NCBI GenBank assembly: GCA_964447495.1
Contig: CAYUTF010000014.1
Location: 1 to 57,966 of the forward strand
Length of the DNA: 57,966 bases
Origin: an uncultured archaeon
Lineage (GTDB): Archaea; Asgardarchaeota; Lokiarchaeia; Sigyniarchaeales; SOKP01
Direction of reading: 5' to 3'
Shown: one piece after another, positions 10,854 through 21,651 of the stretch
Position numbering within the stretch: the stretch's first letter is position 1
How the letters are laid out: every line of letters begins with the position of its first letter
The notes under the pieces: generated by a model
What the model was told of the DNA's origin: nothing
Database searches by the model: none
What the model saw: the letters and a program-made list of their open reading frames with translations, nothing else
Program-made: the position numbers and the translations under genes

Positions 10854-13100
10854 TTAGATTATCTTCTTACGTTTATACTTGACTGATATTAGCAGAAAAG
10901 CAATGCTTAACGCGCCAACAATGAGATAGAAATTGCCAAATGGAATTGCTGGTGTTGTGTCTGGTAAATTTTCTTTTATTACGGTCACACTGGCTGAAGC
11001 TAAATTTCCCGCGGTATCATTTACGTACACTGTGAAATTATATGTCCCTGCTGGTAATGCGTTCCATATGGATTGATCAACAGATCCTGATAAACTGTAG
11101 ATGATTTGAATTTTGTATACTGATGGTCCTGAAATTACATAGTAATAGGTATCAAGATTTAATTCAGTAATGGTGATTGAGTAAGTAGGTGCAGTTGTAG
11201 AGTATTTTGAATTATTAAGAGGACTAATTATGATTATTATTGGTGCTATATCGTCTCCGTCATCCCATATTGGAAAATGATCGACTCCCGCGTCTATACC
11301 GGGAATAAAGTATTCAGAGTCACCTCTTCCATCATCATTAGCATCAACTCCACCATAATCGCTCCAATAGTTACCGATGGTGTCATTATCCCAAATAGTA
11401 GCAGTTCCATTGTCAAAAGCATTTTGCGTTGATGGGTTATCGAATGAATTCAAATAAAAGTAATTATCGTGGCTTTCTCTAGTATTGGCTACTACGAGTG
11501 CACCATAAACCGTATTGTCATGGATGGTGTTATTAATTATTCTGTTATAATTAGAATTATCTCGAATATATATCCCTTTATCATTATAAATAAGGAAATT
11601 ATCAGTGACATTATTACTTTCACTGTCTAAAATTCGAATTCCATCGCCATAAGTTGGTTCTCCTGTATTATCTTGAAAATAATTACCGCTAACCAAGTTA
11701 TTATCGCTACCAGCATTAAGGAATAAACCGTAATATAAGCTTCCACTTTGCTCATTGTCTATAATTTTATTATTCTTACTTTGGTATAGGACAATTCCTT
11801 GACCGCCATTGTCATCCAGGCTAGTACCCTTGATTGTTACATTTTCTGAGTGAGATAAGTAAATGCCAACATAATTTTCCGTTATATCACAATTTAGGAT
11901 GGTCCCGTTATGAACCCAGTCTAATTTTATCCCGGCGTCATTTCCAGAGGCTTCAGCATTCATTAGGAGACAACCATCTATGATAAAATACTTACTATAA
12001 GAGTTTTTTATTCGAATACAGGATCCTGCTGATTGCGCATCTATCACCACACTTGCAATTCTATAAGGATTATTATAGCTTCCATCACCCGAGCACCACG
12101 CGAATTGGGAAACTTCCTCCCAAGTGAAATTCCCACTTCCAAGCTCATCGATAATAAATGGATCTAACACATAATCCAAAGCATTCCATTCTTGTATCGT
12201 GTTTAAACTTGAAAGAATAACAATGCTTCCGTGAATTACATTACCTATAATTGAAATATCATCACTATCATCCAAAGAAATGGCATTTTGCACGTTATTT
12301 TCAATAATGTTTCCAAAAATCTTATTGTCGTCACAAGAATTAATGCGAATTCCGCTTAACCTATTATTATGAATGTAATTATGTTTTATGGTATTATTGG
12401 TACTGTCAACAGAGCCTTCAGTAATGTAGATTCCGTGTTCTATAGCGTAGAATCCGTTATGGTTTACTTCATTCTCTATGATTAAATTATCATCACTTTG
12501 ATAAATATATATTCCATATCTGCCGCTATCTTGTATATAATTATTCGATACAATGTTTCCATCGCTATATGTTAAAGTTATGCCATAACCATTATTCACC
12601 ATATGATTATCTTCGATAAATATGTTTGTAGTATCATATAGATTGATACCACGACCAGCATTATTCGTAATATTATTATCAAGGATTTTACCATTGCTTG
12701 AGGAATCCAATCGGATTGCACTATTGGGAGATGCTTGTGAATTTATTAAGGTGCAATTTTGGATTTTGAAATGATCGTTTGTATTCTCTATTAAGATGCA
12801 GTTTCCAGAATTTTGAGCATCAATAGTCACATTCTCAATAATATAAGGGTTTAGAGCAGTTCCTAAACCGGAACACCACTCATAGGTGCTCGCTGTAGCA
12901 GACCAATTGTTATCGATGTGAATCGGTGAAGATAAAATCCAAAACCCCGATTCTTTAAGATCTTTAAATTCGCTATCTACTGCTGAGTACTTATTATCCA
13001 TCCTAATCCATGATTGAATAAAGAATGATGGAGTTAATAGTATTATTGTAGCTAATACCAGTATTATAATTGATTTATTCTTTATTAGTGTAGATCTCAT
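10854..13100 (-). CDS. Cell-surface right-handed beta-helix (NosD/pectin lyase-like) protein with C-terminal sorting tail
   Basis: Signal peptide, two WCSGxGxxxNPYxI-headed beta-helix modules, GNYWSDY...DDGRGD, Ig-like VNDTAGN, tail IPFGNFYL-TM-KRKK. Confidence 0.9.
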   Translation of the reverse strand: MRSTLIKNKSIIILVLATIILLTPSFFIQSWIRMDNKYSAVDSEFKDLKESGFWILSSPIHIDNNWSATASTYEWCSGLGTALNPYIIENVTIDAQNSGNCILIENTNDHFKIQNCTLINSQASPNSAIRLDSSSNGKILDNNITNNAGRGINLYDTTNIFIEDNHMVNNGYGITLTYSDGNIVSNNYIQDSGRYGIYIYQSDDNLIIENEVNHNGFYAIEHGIYITEGSVDSTNNTIKHNYIHNNRLSGIRINSCDDNKIFGNIIENNVQNAISLDDSDDISIIGNVIHGSIVILSSLNTIQEWNALDYVLDPFIIDELGSGNFTWEEVSQFAWCSGDGSYNNPYRIASVVIDAQSAGSCIRIKNSYSKYFIIDGCLLMNAEASGNDAGIKLDWVHNGTILNCDITENYVGIYLSHSENVTIKGTSLDDNGGQGIVLYQSKNNKIIDNEQSGSLYYGLFLNAGSDNNLVSGNYFQDNTGEPTYGDGIRILDSESNNVTDNFLIYNDKGIYIRDNSNYNRIINNTIHDNTVYGALVVANTRESHDNYFYLNSFDNPSTQNAFDNGTATIWDNDTIGNYWSDYGGVDANDDGRGDSEYFIPGIDAGVDHFPIWDDGDDIAPIIIIISPLNNSKYSTTAPTYSITITELNLDTYYYVISGPSVYKIQIIYSLSGSVDQSIWNALPAGTYNFTVYVNDTAGNLASASVTVIKENLPDTTPAIPFGNFYLIVGALSIAFLLISVKYKRKKII

Positions 13101-13448
13101 GATTAAATTTTATAGATTAATTGATCTTTACATATAGTAAAATAATTATCAATTTAATATTTCGGGGTAATTTTGTACAATAAAGTAGCAAATCTGGTGA
13201 ATTTGTGACATTTTAGGCAAGAAAAGAATTTACAATTCAAATTTTCAATTCGTTCAATTTTCTTACTTAATTTATTTGCTAAATTCGAATTTGAAGAACT
13301 ACATATTACCAAAATTAATTTAGCAAAGTTTGAATTCTTTAAATTTTGAAAGTTCAATTGCATCAGAAACAATTTTACAATTGCACTTTAAAATAAAAAA
13401 GACTATTTAACACTGATACTATTGGGAACTTTGAATGTAAGTCTCTAG

Positions 13449-13726
13449 CATTTTAGATTAAAAAAAAATTATATTGCTACAAAGCGTAATAGGTATTATA
13501 AATAGAATCCATATGAAGTATAATGCAAAATGATCCTCTACGGGCAAAAATAAAATGTCCTGTATGTAGTAAAAAATTCATTCCTGAGTCATTTCATATT
13601 GAAAAATTAATCATGGATACGAAAGAAAGTCTAATTGGAGTTAAGATAGTTACAGAAAGAAATGCCCTGGATCAAATCGATATTAAACCAATGAATATAG
13701 TAAGGAAAGCGTGGGTCACTTTTTGC
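13449..13726 (+). repeat. Direct repeat copy 2
   Basis: Diverged copy of 9576-9854. Confidence 0.92.
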
Positions 13727-13735
13727 TTTTTTTAA
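13523..13735 (+). pseudogene. Truncated paralog of the 9651-10574 gene
   Basis: First 68 codons closely match the gene at 9651; similarity stops at the third Cys, followed by a T-run and stop. Confidence 0.88.
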
Positions 13736-13775
13736 ATCTCATTATAATTAAGCTTACTTATATCCAGCTTGTTTT

Positions 13776-15056
13776 CTAAGAAATATTTTGGGTCAAATAT
13801 AAGAATCTCTCTAGGTAATATATCCAGACTTGCCCTATATTGGTACTTAAAACAAAATCATTGGCATGACCTGCGAATGGAAACTTAAGGAGACAGCAAT
13901 CTACTCCTTTAGACTCTAGACCCGTTTCTAATGCCATTACTTCTTCAATCCTAACCTGACCATCGCTTGTACCTTGAAAGATAAGTACTGATGGATCAAG
14001 AGCGTCAGCTAAATGAACTAAATCATATGCATCATAGAGATCGGGATTTGTGCTCCTATTTTCTTTAAGTAGTAATTCTGGAGCAGCAGAAGGTGGATAT
14101 AATGGAATTACCCCTTTAATTACCATATTAGAACTAAAAGTCGTATTATGATAATCATAATTGTAGCCTAAACCTGCCACACCTGCTAAATGTGCGCCCG
14201 CTGATCGACCCATAAAGTATACAGAGTTTAAATTTGCTCCATAAGTCGCTGCAAATTCGCTTTCACATCTATTTGTGAAAATACCAATATGTCTAATTTG
14301 ATCTTCTATCGTAAAATTCCCCATTACATATTCAGGGGTATCGGGAGCCTCTGCACCGTACTCAAACCAATCAATTAATCCATACTCAATATCAAACACA
14401 ACATATCCTTGGCCAGCTAAATACTTGCTAGTAGATATCATATTCCAAGTCCCTTTTCCTCCAGACATCCAAGCACCTGGATGTAGATTAATGATGATAC
14501 TTCCATTGCCCGGTAATTGAGAAGCTGGTTTTACAGGGGTATATACATCGAAATATAAAGTGATATTTTCTCCTTCATAAAATAGAATATCCGTTTCTAA
14601 GTTAATCGCTTGCTCTGGAATTGAAAGAAAATGAGATGAGAAAAAGTAAGGGGTTGGTAAAAAATAATTTAGCACATCTGGAGGGATAGAACTCTCCCAA
14701 TTAGGACCAAAGGCATCTTCAAACTCAAGATCCGCATTGATTATAGTATAAGGCGTTGCTAGTAAAGAACCTGCATTTAACCCTGAAATCGTTAAGCCAA
14801 TAAGTATAATTGTATAATATTGCTTCGGATGTTTAGCTCTTCTTGAGGCTAATAATTTCAGCAGTAAAATCGTGACAGTAATACATAGAGCCAACATTAA
14901 AACTGAACTTTGAGCTACGAATTCTTCTATGACTATAGTAATCCCTCGCAAGACTCTCCCTCCAAAGAAGAGTAAGTACGCCCAGAAAGCTCCAACAATT
15001 AACACCAAAATAGAAAGAAACCCCAAAGTAACCTTAACAATTATGAGTTTATTCAC
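13776..15056 (-). CDS. Membrane-anchored alpha/beta hydrolase (esterase/lipase)
   Basis: N-terminal TMs, oxyanion HPGAW, nucleophile GRSAG, GTSDGQV and AGH; GTG at 15056 overlaps the upstream gene's end. Confidence 0.88.
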   Translation of the reverse strand: MNKLIIVKVTLGFLSILVLIVGAFWAYLLFFGGRVLRGITIVIEEFVAQSSVLMLALCITVTILLLKLLASRRAKHPKQYYTIILIGLTISGLNAGSLLATPYTIINADLEFEDAFGPNWESSIPPDVLNYFLPTPYFFSSHFLSIPEQAINLETDILFYEGENITLYFDVYTPVKPASQLPGNGSIIINLHPGAWMSGGKGTWNMISTSKYLAGQGYVVFDIEYGLIDWFEYGAEAPDTPEYVMGNFTIEDQIRHIGIFTNRCESEFAATYGANLNSVYFMGRSAGAHLAGVAGLGYNYDYHNTTFSSNMVIKGVIPLYPPSAAPELLLKENRSTNPDLYDAYDLVHLADALDPSVLIFQGTSDGQVRIEEVMALETGLESKGVDCCLLKFPFAGHANDFVLSTNIGQVWIYYLERFLYLTQNIS

Positions 15057-15483
15057 CCTTCCACACCTCCCGATTATCAAGAACTCGAAGATTTAAATAC
15101 GAAAATACACTTCCATAGGCAAAAAAACTAAAATATCCAATCAATATTAATGAATATTGCATGAAAGGACTAAACCAGTTTGCATTTAAGAGAAATAATC
15201 CCCCTACTAACAGAAAAATTGCAATGATTTGCACACCAAGAAATCCATACCCAAGTCGGTTAATTTTTTTCCCTATACTATTGGATTTTTCAATTTTAAA
15301 ATCATTAATTACAATTAAAATACTATTCAAAAGCCAAGATAGAACTATAGCAATACTCAAGATTGTTCCAATTACAATGTTTAAACCAATAATATAATGT
15401 AAACTTCCTAATATCATTGAAGAAATATTCGTCCCAAACGAGATTGTGAACAAAAATTTGATTTGTTTCTTTCCAATTTTCAT
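15049..15483 (-). CDS. Hypothetical 4-TM membrane protein, coupled to the hydrolase
   Basis: Hydrophobic ORF; ATG at 15483 after GAGG; stop overlaps the hydrolase start. Confidence 0.75.
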   Translation of the reverse strand: MKIGKKQIKFLFTISFGTNISSMILGSLHYIIGLNIVIGTILSIAIVLSWLLNSILIVINDFKIEKSNSIGKKINRLGYGFLGVQIIAIFLLVGGLFLLNANWFSPFMQYSLILIGYFSFFAYGSVFSYLNLRVLDNREVWKGE

Positions 15484-15776
15484 GGTTTTCCTCAATTTTT
15501 TTAATTTTCTTTAAACGAAAATTTACTATATTATTTAATCGTCCTAACAATATTTAAACCTTTAAACTAACACTTACAATCCTTGTTTTAACTTCAGTAA
15601 GAATAAAATTAACCATTAGGACGAAATTTAAGTGTTTTAGATAATGGAAATTCAACATTTATTATTTTCAAATAATTCCTTTCTATTATCAATCTAGCCA
15701 TCCTAAGCTTAAAAGATAGATTTCCTAATGAAGTATAATATCAACCTTTTTTAAGCAAGCTCTCCTCCATGATAGT

Positions 15777-16145
15777 ATGACACTTGAAAGAAAGGATGCT
15801 CCTAAAAGTTTCATCCCTACTTTTGTAATATGGATTGCCATATGTAATATAGTGGCAATAATCTTAGCAATTGTTTGGAATATTCAATTTCCTCAGAGTT
15901 TTTATTTCGATGCGACAGTTTCAATGTATATCATTATTGCGATCAATATTCTAAGCCTCATTCTATTATATCCGTTGCGTCGTATGGATCCAATAACTCC
16001 ATTTCTAAGGAGTGCGCTCATTTGGTATGTTGTAATAACGATAATATATATCATCTTGGGTGCTTATTTTGCACTGATACCTGGAACAGTTCAACTGCTA
16101 GGTGACCTTTGGTTTCATTGGAAGCGGAAAAAGCTAATAGGATGA
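15777..16145 (+). CDS. Hypothetical membrane protein
   Basis: 122 aa with 3-4 hydrophobic segments. Confidence 0.65.
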   Translation: MTLERKDAPKSFIPTFVIWIAICNIVAIILAIVWNIQFPQSFYFDATVSMYIIIAINILSLILLYPLRRMDPITPFLRSALIWYVVITIIYIILGAYFALIPGTVQLLGDLWFHWKRKKLIG

Positions 16146-16373
16146 ATCTTAAAATATTATTATTTTTATTTTGGTAGAATTCCCTTGTCCTAATTGACTA
16201 GATTGTTAAATGGGAATATTTATACTTTTTTCTTTATATTCATGCCTAAGTAAATTTCTAACTATGAGAAACACTTTTGTTTACGAAATTAATAAACAAA
16301 AAATTAGCCCTAATTTACTTAATTTTTATTTGAAAAAAGTATATAAGATTGATCATTCTTCTTAAACCTACAT

Positions 16374-17000
16374 ATGAGTGAACAAAAGTTAAAAGTTATA
16401 GCCTATTCTGACTATATTTGTCCATTTTGCTATATTGGGTATCATCGAATAGAGCAACTCAAAAAAGAGTACGATCTTGATGTTGAATGGAAGCCATTTG
16501 AGATTCATCCAGAAACTCCAAAGGGAGGCGCATTAACAGAAGAATTGCCCTTTCCAAAGGGATATTTAGAAACGGCGTTCGCTAACGTTAAACGTCTTGC
16601 GGATGAGGATGATTTAAAGCTCAAATTTTCAGATAAATTACCGAATTCGCGATTGGCGCTCTATATTTCAGAATTTGCTCGAAAAAAGGGGAAATTTGAA
16701 GAATTTCATAAATTCGTAATGGATGCTTATTGGTTGGAAGGTAAAGATATTGGAGATAAAAGTTTATTATTAAATCTTGCTGAATCAGTGGGATTAGACG
16801 AGGATGAGATTTCGAGTTACTTGGATACCAATGAACCTTTCGAAGTGGTTCAACAATCCTTAAAAGAAGTAAAAAAGTATGGTATAAATGGTGTTCCTGC
16901 CTTTATTGTTGAAAATAGGTTGATTTATGGAGCTCAACCTTATACGGTATTTAAAAAAGTTATTAACGACATAATGGCTCAGAAATCAATAAGTAATTAA
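16374..17000 (+). CDS. DsbA/FrnE-like dithiol-disulfide oxidoreductase
   Basis: YSDYICPFCYIG and GINGVPAF...GAQP motifs. Confidence 0.93.
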   Translation: MSEQKLKVIAYSDYICPFCYIGYHRIEQLKKEYDLDVEWKPFEIHPETPKGGALTEELPFPKGYLETAFANVKRLADEDDLKLKFSDKLPNSRLALYISEFARKKGKFEEFHKFVMDAYWLEGKDIGDKSLLLNLAESVGLDEDEISSYLDTNEPFEVVQQSLKEVKKYGINGVPAFIVENRLIYGAQPYTVFKKVINDIMAQKSISN

Positions 17001-17122
17001 TTAATTTGCCAAAAGTGCGTTAAACCACTATTATAATAACAGAATTTCATGAAAAAATTTAATTATTAAGTTTAATTAGTAATGTTGAATTTAAACAATA
17101 TTTTTAAAAGAGGTGTATCAAA

Positions 17123-17584
17123 CTGAAAGTTCTAATAGTATATTATACAAAATATGGAAATACTGAAAAAGTAGCTAAATTAATAGCAGAAGGGATTAGT
17201 TCTATTGAGGGTAATGAAGCAATAGTTAACAATGTAAAAGATGTAGACCTCAAAAAAGAAGCTTCTTATGACTTAATTTTAATAGGCTCCCCGAATCATT
17301 TTGGCAAGCACGTAGGCTCGATAAAGAAATTTATCAATAAGCTTCCAAAATCCCAAATAAAAGCAAATGCGTATGCAGTATTTGATACCTATATAACAAA
17401 AGATTTTGAAAAAGCTGTGAAAAAGATGGAGGAACAGATCAGTGAAGCGTTGCCGGAGTTACCAAAAGCAAGTCCTGGATTGTCTATAAAAGTGGAGGGT
17501 GCCGGTACTTCAAAAGGTCCTATAACAAGTGAGGACCTTCCAAAATGCAAAGAATTCGGTATCAAATTAACACAAGACTTATAA
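17123..17584 (+). CDS. Flavodoxin-like protein (absent from the ORF track; CTG start)
   Basis: GAGGTG, then CTG AAA GTT CTA ATA GTA TAT TAT ACA AAA TAT GGA AAT ACT = (M)KVLIVYYTKYGNTEKVAKLIAEG...YDLILIGSPNH...AVFDTY; open to TAA at 17582-17584. Confidence 0.9.
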   Translation: MKVLIVYYTKYGNTEKVAKLIAEGISSIEGNEAIVNNVKDVDLKKEASYDLILIGSPNHFGKHVGSIKKFINKLPKSQIKANAYAVFDTYITKDFEKAVKKMEEQISEALPELPKASPGLSIKVEGAGTSKGPITSEDLPKCKEFGIKLTQDL

Positions 17585-17738
17585 TAACTTTCTTTAAATT
17601 AGTGGCTTTTCTTTTTCTGGATACTTATTAGGTTTAATTATGATTTATTATTTTATAAAAAGTTTTAAATATCAATATTATCTAAATAAATCCTAGGGTA
17701 AGTTATATCTTAATAATCCAATGAAGAAGTGAGAAAAA

Positions 17739-19280
17739 ATTAGAGAAAATAGATTATATAATTTTACACATATAAAAATCAGAGAGTTTGTTATTGGGAT
17801 CATTTGCCTCCTACTTTTTATGAGTTTTATTAGTTTAAATACAACTTTTCCACGATTACTCGATAATAATTCTGTCAAGGAGGATTCTATAAATCAAGAA
17901 GGAAAGCAAGAACATTTTCCATTAACCTCAGATTATACTGTGGTTGCTCCTATTAATATCAGTTCACCGAGTGATTGGGCTCATTATTCCTTTATAACTG
18001 GTAGTGGGAGCGATATTGATCCATACGTGATTGAAGATATAGAAATTCAAGGAAATGGTGTAAAAGCTATGGAAGAATCTGGTTTTAATCATTTGAATTA
18101 TTCGGACGTGGGAATTTATATTGATGCGGCAGGCAATTTTACGATTCGTAATTGCAGAATTTCCTCCATTTCTCTTGGGATTTATCTAGATATTGGATGT
18201 TTTGTTGATTATATGCATAGTATTCAGGGTGTAGAAATTGACAATTGCGGAATAGGTATTTTTGTGTTTGGATTTGGTGTTGGAGGGGTTATTACGGTCA
18301 ATATTTCAAGATGCAACATTTCAAATTGTAATTGGATTACAGTAAAAGTTCCTGAGGATTTGCAATCTTCGAATTATGGAGGTTTTGGTATGTGGGTAAA
18401 AGGCGATGAGGGGTCTATTATTGAATTTTGTAAGATTCAAAATTGTTCCATAGGAGTATTCGCTGGTCCCACAACATCTATTGTTAGCAATCAACTAATA
18501 AATTGTGGTTTCTTATTTGATTTTCAATTTTTATTCGTCTACTATGAAATATTTAATAATACGATAAATGGAAAACCACTAGGTTTATTCTTGGGTGAGG
18601 ATCATTTAACTTTATCGGGATTAGAATCATCTCAGTATGGGCAATTATTTTTCGCAGCGTGTCATTATATTCATCTTTCTAACATCCAAATTAAGGAATC
18701 ATGCAGTTTTGGATTGATACTGCATTACTGTAACCATCCCGTCTTAGAAAATATTCTCTGTGAAAATCAACAAATTGGCTTCTTAATACAAACTGATGAT
18801 ATGACAGCAGATAATTTACAGGCTAAAAATTGTATGGCTGGCTTTTGTTTTTTCCGTATAAGAAATAGTGTATTGACCCAGCTCTTGATAGGCGATACTG
18901 ATATACCCGTTTACGGATATGAGTTCATGAATACAAATATTGAAATTGAAATGTCGACACGAGTCTATCTTATTGATTTTTTAGGTATTGCTGAAATACA
19001 GTTAAATTCCTCAATTTCTTCAAGTATGGTGCCCCGAACAAATTTAACTGAGTTTGATGTGGAAGGCTTTATAATTCAACTGGATGCGATAGATACCTAT
19101 CATATCACTGGTTTAGAACCAGGAACTCAAAACCTGATTTTTGATTTCATAATTGTTATCTTTGAACCTTCTATAGCTGGAGCGATTCCTGGATTTCCTT
19201 TAATTTGGTTCTATACAGCAATTCTGCTTGGAATATCCGTTTTGAAATTTTCAATGCGATATAAAAAAGAGGATACTTAA
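17739..19280 (+). CDS. Cell-surface beta-helix protein with C-terminal sorting tail
   Basis: ITGSGSDIDPYVIE motif, Cys-rich beta-helix repeats, NNTINGKPL, tail AIPGFPL-TM-RYKK. The signal-peptide hydrophobic core lies upstream of ATG 17820, implying a start near ATT 17739. Confidence 0.8.
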   Translation: MRENRLYNFTHIKIREFVIGIICLLLFMSFISLNTTFPRLLDNNSVKEDSINQEGKQEHFPLTSDYTVVAPINISSPSDWAHYSFITGSGSDIDPYVIEDIEIQGNGVKAMEESGFNHLNYSDVGIYIDAAGNFTIRNCRISSISLGIYLDIGCFVDYMHSIQGVEIDNCGIGIFVFGFGVGGVITVNISRCNISNCNWITVKVPEDLQSSNYGGFGMWVKGDEGSIIEFCKIQNCSIGVFAGPTTSIVSNQLINCGFLFDFQFLFVYYEIFNNTINGKPLGLFLGEDHLTLSGLESSQYGQLFFAACHYIHLSNIQIKESCSFGLILHYCNHPVLENILCENQQIGFLIQTDDMTADNLQAKNCMAGFCFFRIRNSVLTQLLIGDTDIPVYGYEFMNTNIEIEMSTRVYLIDFLGIAEIQLNSSISSSMVPRTNLTEFDVEGFIIQLDAIDTYHITGLEPGTQNLIFDFIIVIFEPSIAGAIPGFPLIWFYTAILLGISVLKFSMRYKKEDT

Positions 19281-19439
19281 ATTTTTATTTAAAACTTTAA
19301 TAAAAAAAATATTTTTTCTTATCTCTTTCTCATTGTAGTTAGATAAATTCTCACATAACATTTTCAACTATATTTAGAACTCCAAAAATGTAAAAAGAAA
19401 ATAAAAAAAATTCAAGATTAGAATCTCGGAATTAATGGG

Positions 19440-20738
19440 TTAATGAATCTGGAGTCGTTTTTTACTGAGTAAGATTAACCCCACTACACTAATTAGTGCA
19501 ATCATGATAAAACTCATCCCGAAAGGAATTGCCGGTCCTCCATTTGGAGGTAATGGGAGTTCGTTATATAGAAGGTATACGCCTCTATCTATAGAACCTG
19601 CCACGATATAAGCACCATCTGCCGACATCGCTATACTAGTAATTTCTCCGCTTGTGGTGTAATTAAATAGTGGTGTAGAGCTGGTTCTTTCAAATACATA
19701 GACTTTAAAGTCGTAACTTCCGACTGCGAGGTACTTACCATCCTCTGAGATTGCGATGCATCGTGGGTGGGTAGAATCAGATATTGCTCCTCCCGCAGTA
19801 AAGTTCCATAGAGGATTCGAGCTTGATCGTTCAAAAAGATAGGTTCTATTATCCTCCCCTCCTGCCACAATATAAGCCCCGTTGAAACTTATTGCGACAC
19901 TGTTTATCTGGTCATCGGCGGTATAGTTCCATAAAGGAGTGGAGCTGGATTGATGGAAGAGAAAAACTTTAGTACCGCTTGTCCCTACGACGATATAATT
20001 TCCATCAGTCGAAATTGCTACCGAATGGATATCTGAACCCACAGAATAATTCCATAATGGTGTAGCATTATTTTTATCAAAAAGATACACTCGATTGTCA
20101 TGACTTCCTGTCGCAATATAAGTACCATCCCCGGAAATAGCTACAGACCACACAGCACCACCGGTAGCATAGGTCCATATTTCCGGGTTTGGGCTAATAA
20201 TTGAATTATTCAGAAGAATAATCGATCCATCGTATCTAGCAGCGATAACGTAATTTCCATCGGTTGAAATGGCAACATCATTCATATAATTCCCCGTTGG
20301 GTGATAATCCCAAATAGGTTGTTTTGGTGAAGTAATCGAATTATTAAGCATGTATATGTGCTCATTATCGTTAACTGCCGTGATAAAATTTCCATCACCA
20401 GAAATGTCCGTCCCGTAAACATTCGATGATGTGTTAAAAACCCATAATGGCAACTTTGAGTTAGATGCTGTATTATTTAATAAATACACACTCCCTTCAG
20501 AGCCAAGCGTAGTTGCGCTGATCAAATTACCATTAGCAGAAGTAGCTACACATCGGACTTCCTCGTTTGCGGTAAAATTCCATAAAAGGTGATCAGAAGA
20601 ATCATTAGTCTTGAGTAGATTTTTTTCATTTGATGTTAAAGCCATCGTATTCCCACCAATTAAAACCACTCCAAAAAAATTGGAGGCAGAAAAGGCCAAC
20701 AATAAAAATATAACTGCATGCATTAATTTCTTTTTCAT
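19440..20738 (-). CDS. Extracellular WD40/PQQ-like beta-propeller with C-terminal sorting tail
   Basis: About 8 repeats of PLWNYT...SVAISxDGxYIVAGSxDxxVYLF; signal peptide; tail AIPFG-TM-KKR. Confidence 0.9.
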   Translation of the reverse strand: MKKKLMHAVIFLLLAFSASNFFGVVLIGGNTMALTSNEKNLLKTNDSSDHLLWNFTANEEVRCVATSANGNLISATTLGSEGSVYLLNNTASNSKLPLWVFNTSSNVYGTDISGDGNFITAVNDNEHIYMLNNSITSPKQPIWDYHPTGNYMNDVAISTDGNYVIAARYDGSIILLNNSIISPNPEIWTYATGGAVWSVAISGDGTYIATGSHDNRVYLFDKNNATPLWNYSVGSDIHSVAISTDGNYIVVGTSGTKVFLFHQSSSTPLWNYTADDQINSVAISFNGAYIVAGGEDNRTYLFERSSSNPLWNFTAGGAISDSTHPRCIAISEDGKYLAVGSYDFKVYVFERTSSTPLFNYTTSGEITSIAMSADGAYIVAGSIDRGVYLLYNELPLPPNGGPAIPFGMSFIMIALISVVGLILLSKKRLQIH

Positions 20739-20983
20739 TAGATTCAACAAATTTCTTTTTTATAACTCTATATACGCACCCACCAATTTAAATCCTATAT
20801 ATGTAAAAATTCGAAAAGTAACACCTAAAAGAAATTTAATTTGATTCCTAAGATATTATAACAAAGAAGGTTATACTAAACTTAAATAAAATAAATTATA
20901 TATAATCTATAAGGAAATTCCAATTAGAAAAGTATCTTCCAAGCGATAAACCATTAAGGATGAAAAATTTAGAAGTTTAAAAA

Positions 20984-21502
20984 ATGTCAGAGAAGAATCA
21001 AAAATCAAGGTTAAGAAATATCTTCTTTACAACGATCTTTACACTCGCTTTTTTTACTCAAATTATTTTGATGTTTGTTATCGAAAATAATTCAAATCTC
21101 CCAATTTTGGCGTATATCGGATGGATTATTTGGGTCTTCAGCCTTTATTTTGCCTTCATTCCTTTCATCACGTTCAAGAAACGAGGGGATATTGAAGAGG
21201 GGAAAAGTTATCTTCATACCACTAAGGTTGTTAAAAATGGTGCGTATGCCATCATTCGTCATCCTCAATATTTAGGAGGTATTCTATTTACCATTAGCAT
21301 TACGTTATGGAATCCCGAGTGGTTTAATTTTGTTCTCAGTAGTATAATCATCATTTTGACCTATCAATGGACTTACGTTGAAGATAAAAAGCTTCTCGAA
21401 AAATTTGGGGAAGAATATGGGATCTATAAAGAAACTGTCCCTCGCCTCAATCCAATATTAGGGATTGTCCGATATTTATCCCAAAAGAAGAAAAACGGAT
21501 AA
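20984..21502 (+). CDS. Isoprenylcysteine carboxyl methyltransferase/PEMT family membrane protein
   Basis: GAYAIIRHPQYLG and ED..L.EKFGEEY..Y...VPR motifs. Confidence 0.88.
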   Translation: MSEKNQKSRLRNIFFTTIFTLAFFTQIILMFVIENNSNLPILAYIGWIIWVFSLYFAFIPFITFKKRGDIEEGKSYLHTTKVVKNGAYAIIRHPQYLGGILFTISITLWNPEWFNFVLSSIIIILTYQWTYVEDKKLLEKFGEEYGIYKETVPRLNPILGIVRYLSQKKKNG

Positions 21503-21651
21503 AATTTTTTCTTTAGGTTCAATCTCTGCTATTATCTCAAGAGTGATTTATAAGATATAGGTGGTATTTTGATAAAATATGAATGATTTACTCATAGTGA
21601 ATCTATTAAAAATTAGATTACAATTGTTGAGATTGAGTTGAAGTAAAAAAT

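Noticed and set aside
13154-13372. 72-aa ORF and an 11-bp inverted repeat (13275-13285 / 13317-13327)
   Set aside because: Low-complexity AT-rich promoter region; no motif or SD; the repeat is plausible by chance.
9576-13726. Direct repeats as ends of a transposon or provirus
   Set aside because: No transposase or integrase and no terminal inverted repeats; the repeat is a gene-plus-promoter fragment.
17721-17732. In-frame ATG AAG AAG TGA upstream of the beta-helix gene (and TGA at 28586) as possible selenocysteine or readthrough
   Set aside because: The TGA sits within an SD-like AAGTGA motif, not at a catalytic Cys position, and I saw no SECIS; a near-cognate start downstream is the simpler explanation.
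19560-20600. Periodic repeats that might suggest a CRISPR array or DGR template
   Set aside because: They are degenerate in-frame beta-propeller blades; there are no identical repeats with spacers and no cas or RT gene.
20984-21502. ICMT-family enzyme as evidence of GTPase prenylation
   Set aside because: The family is widespread in prokaryotes and the GTPases here lack CAAX/CC tails.
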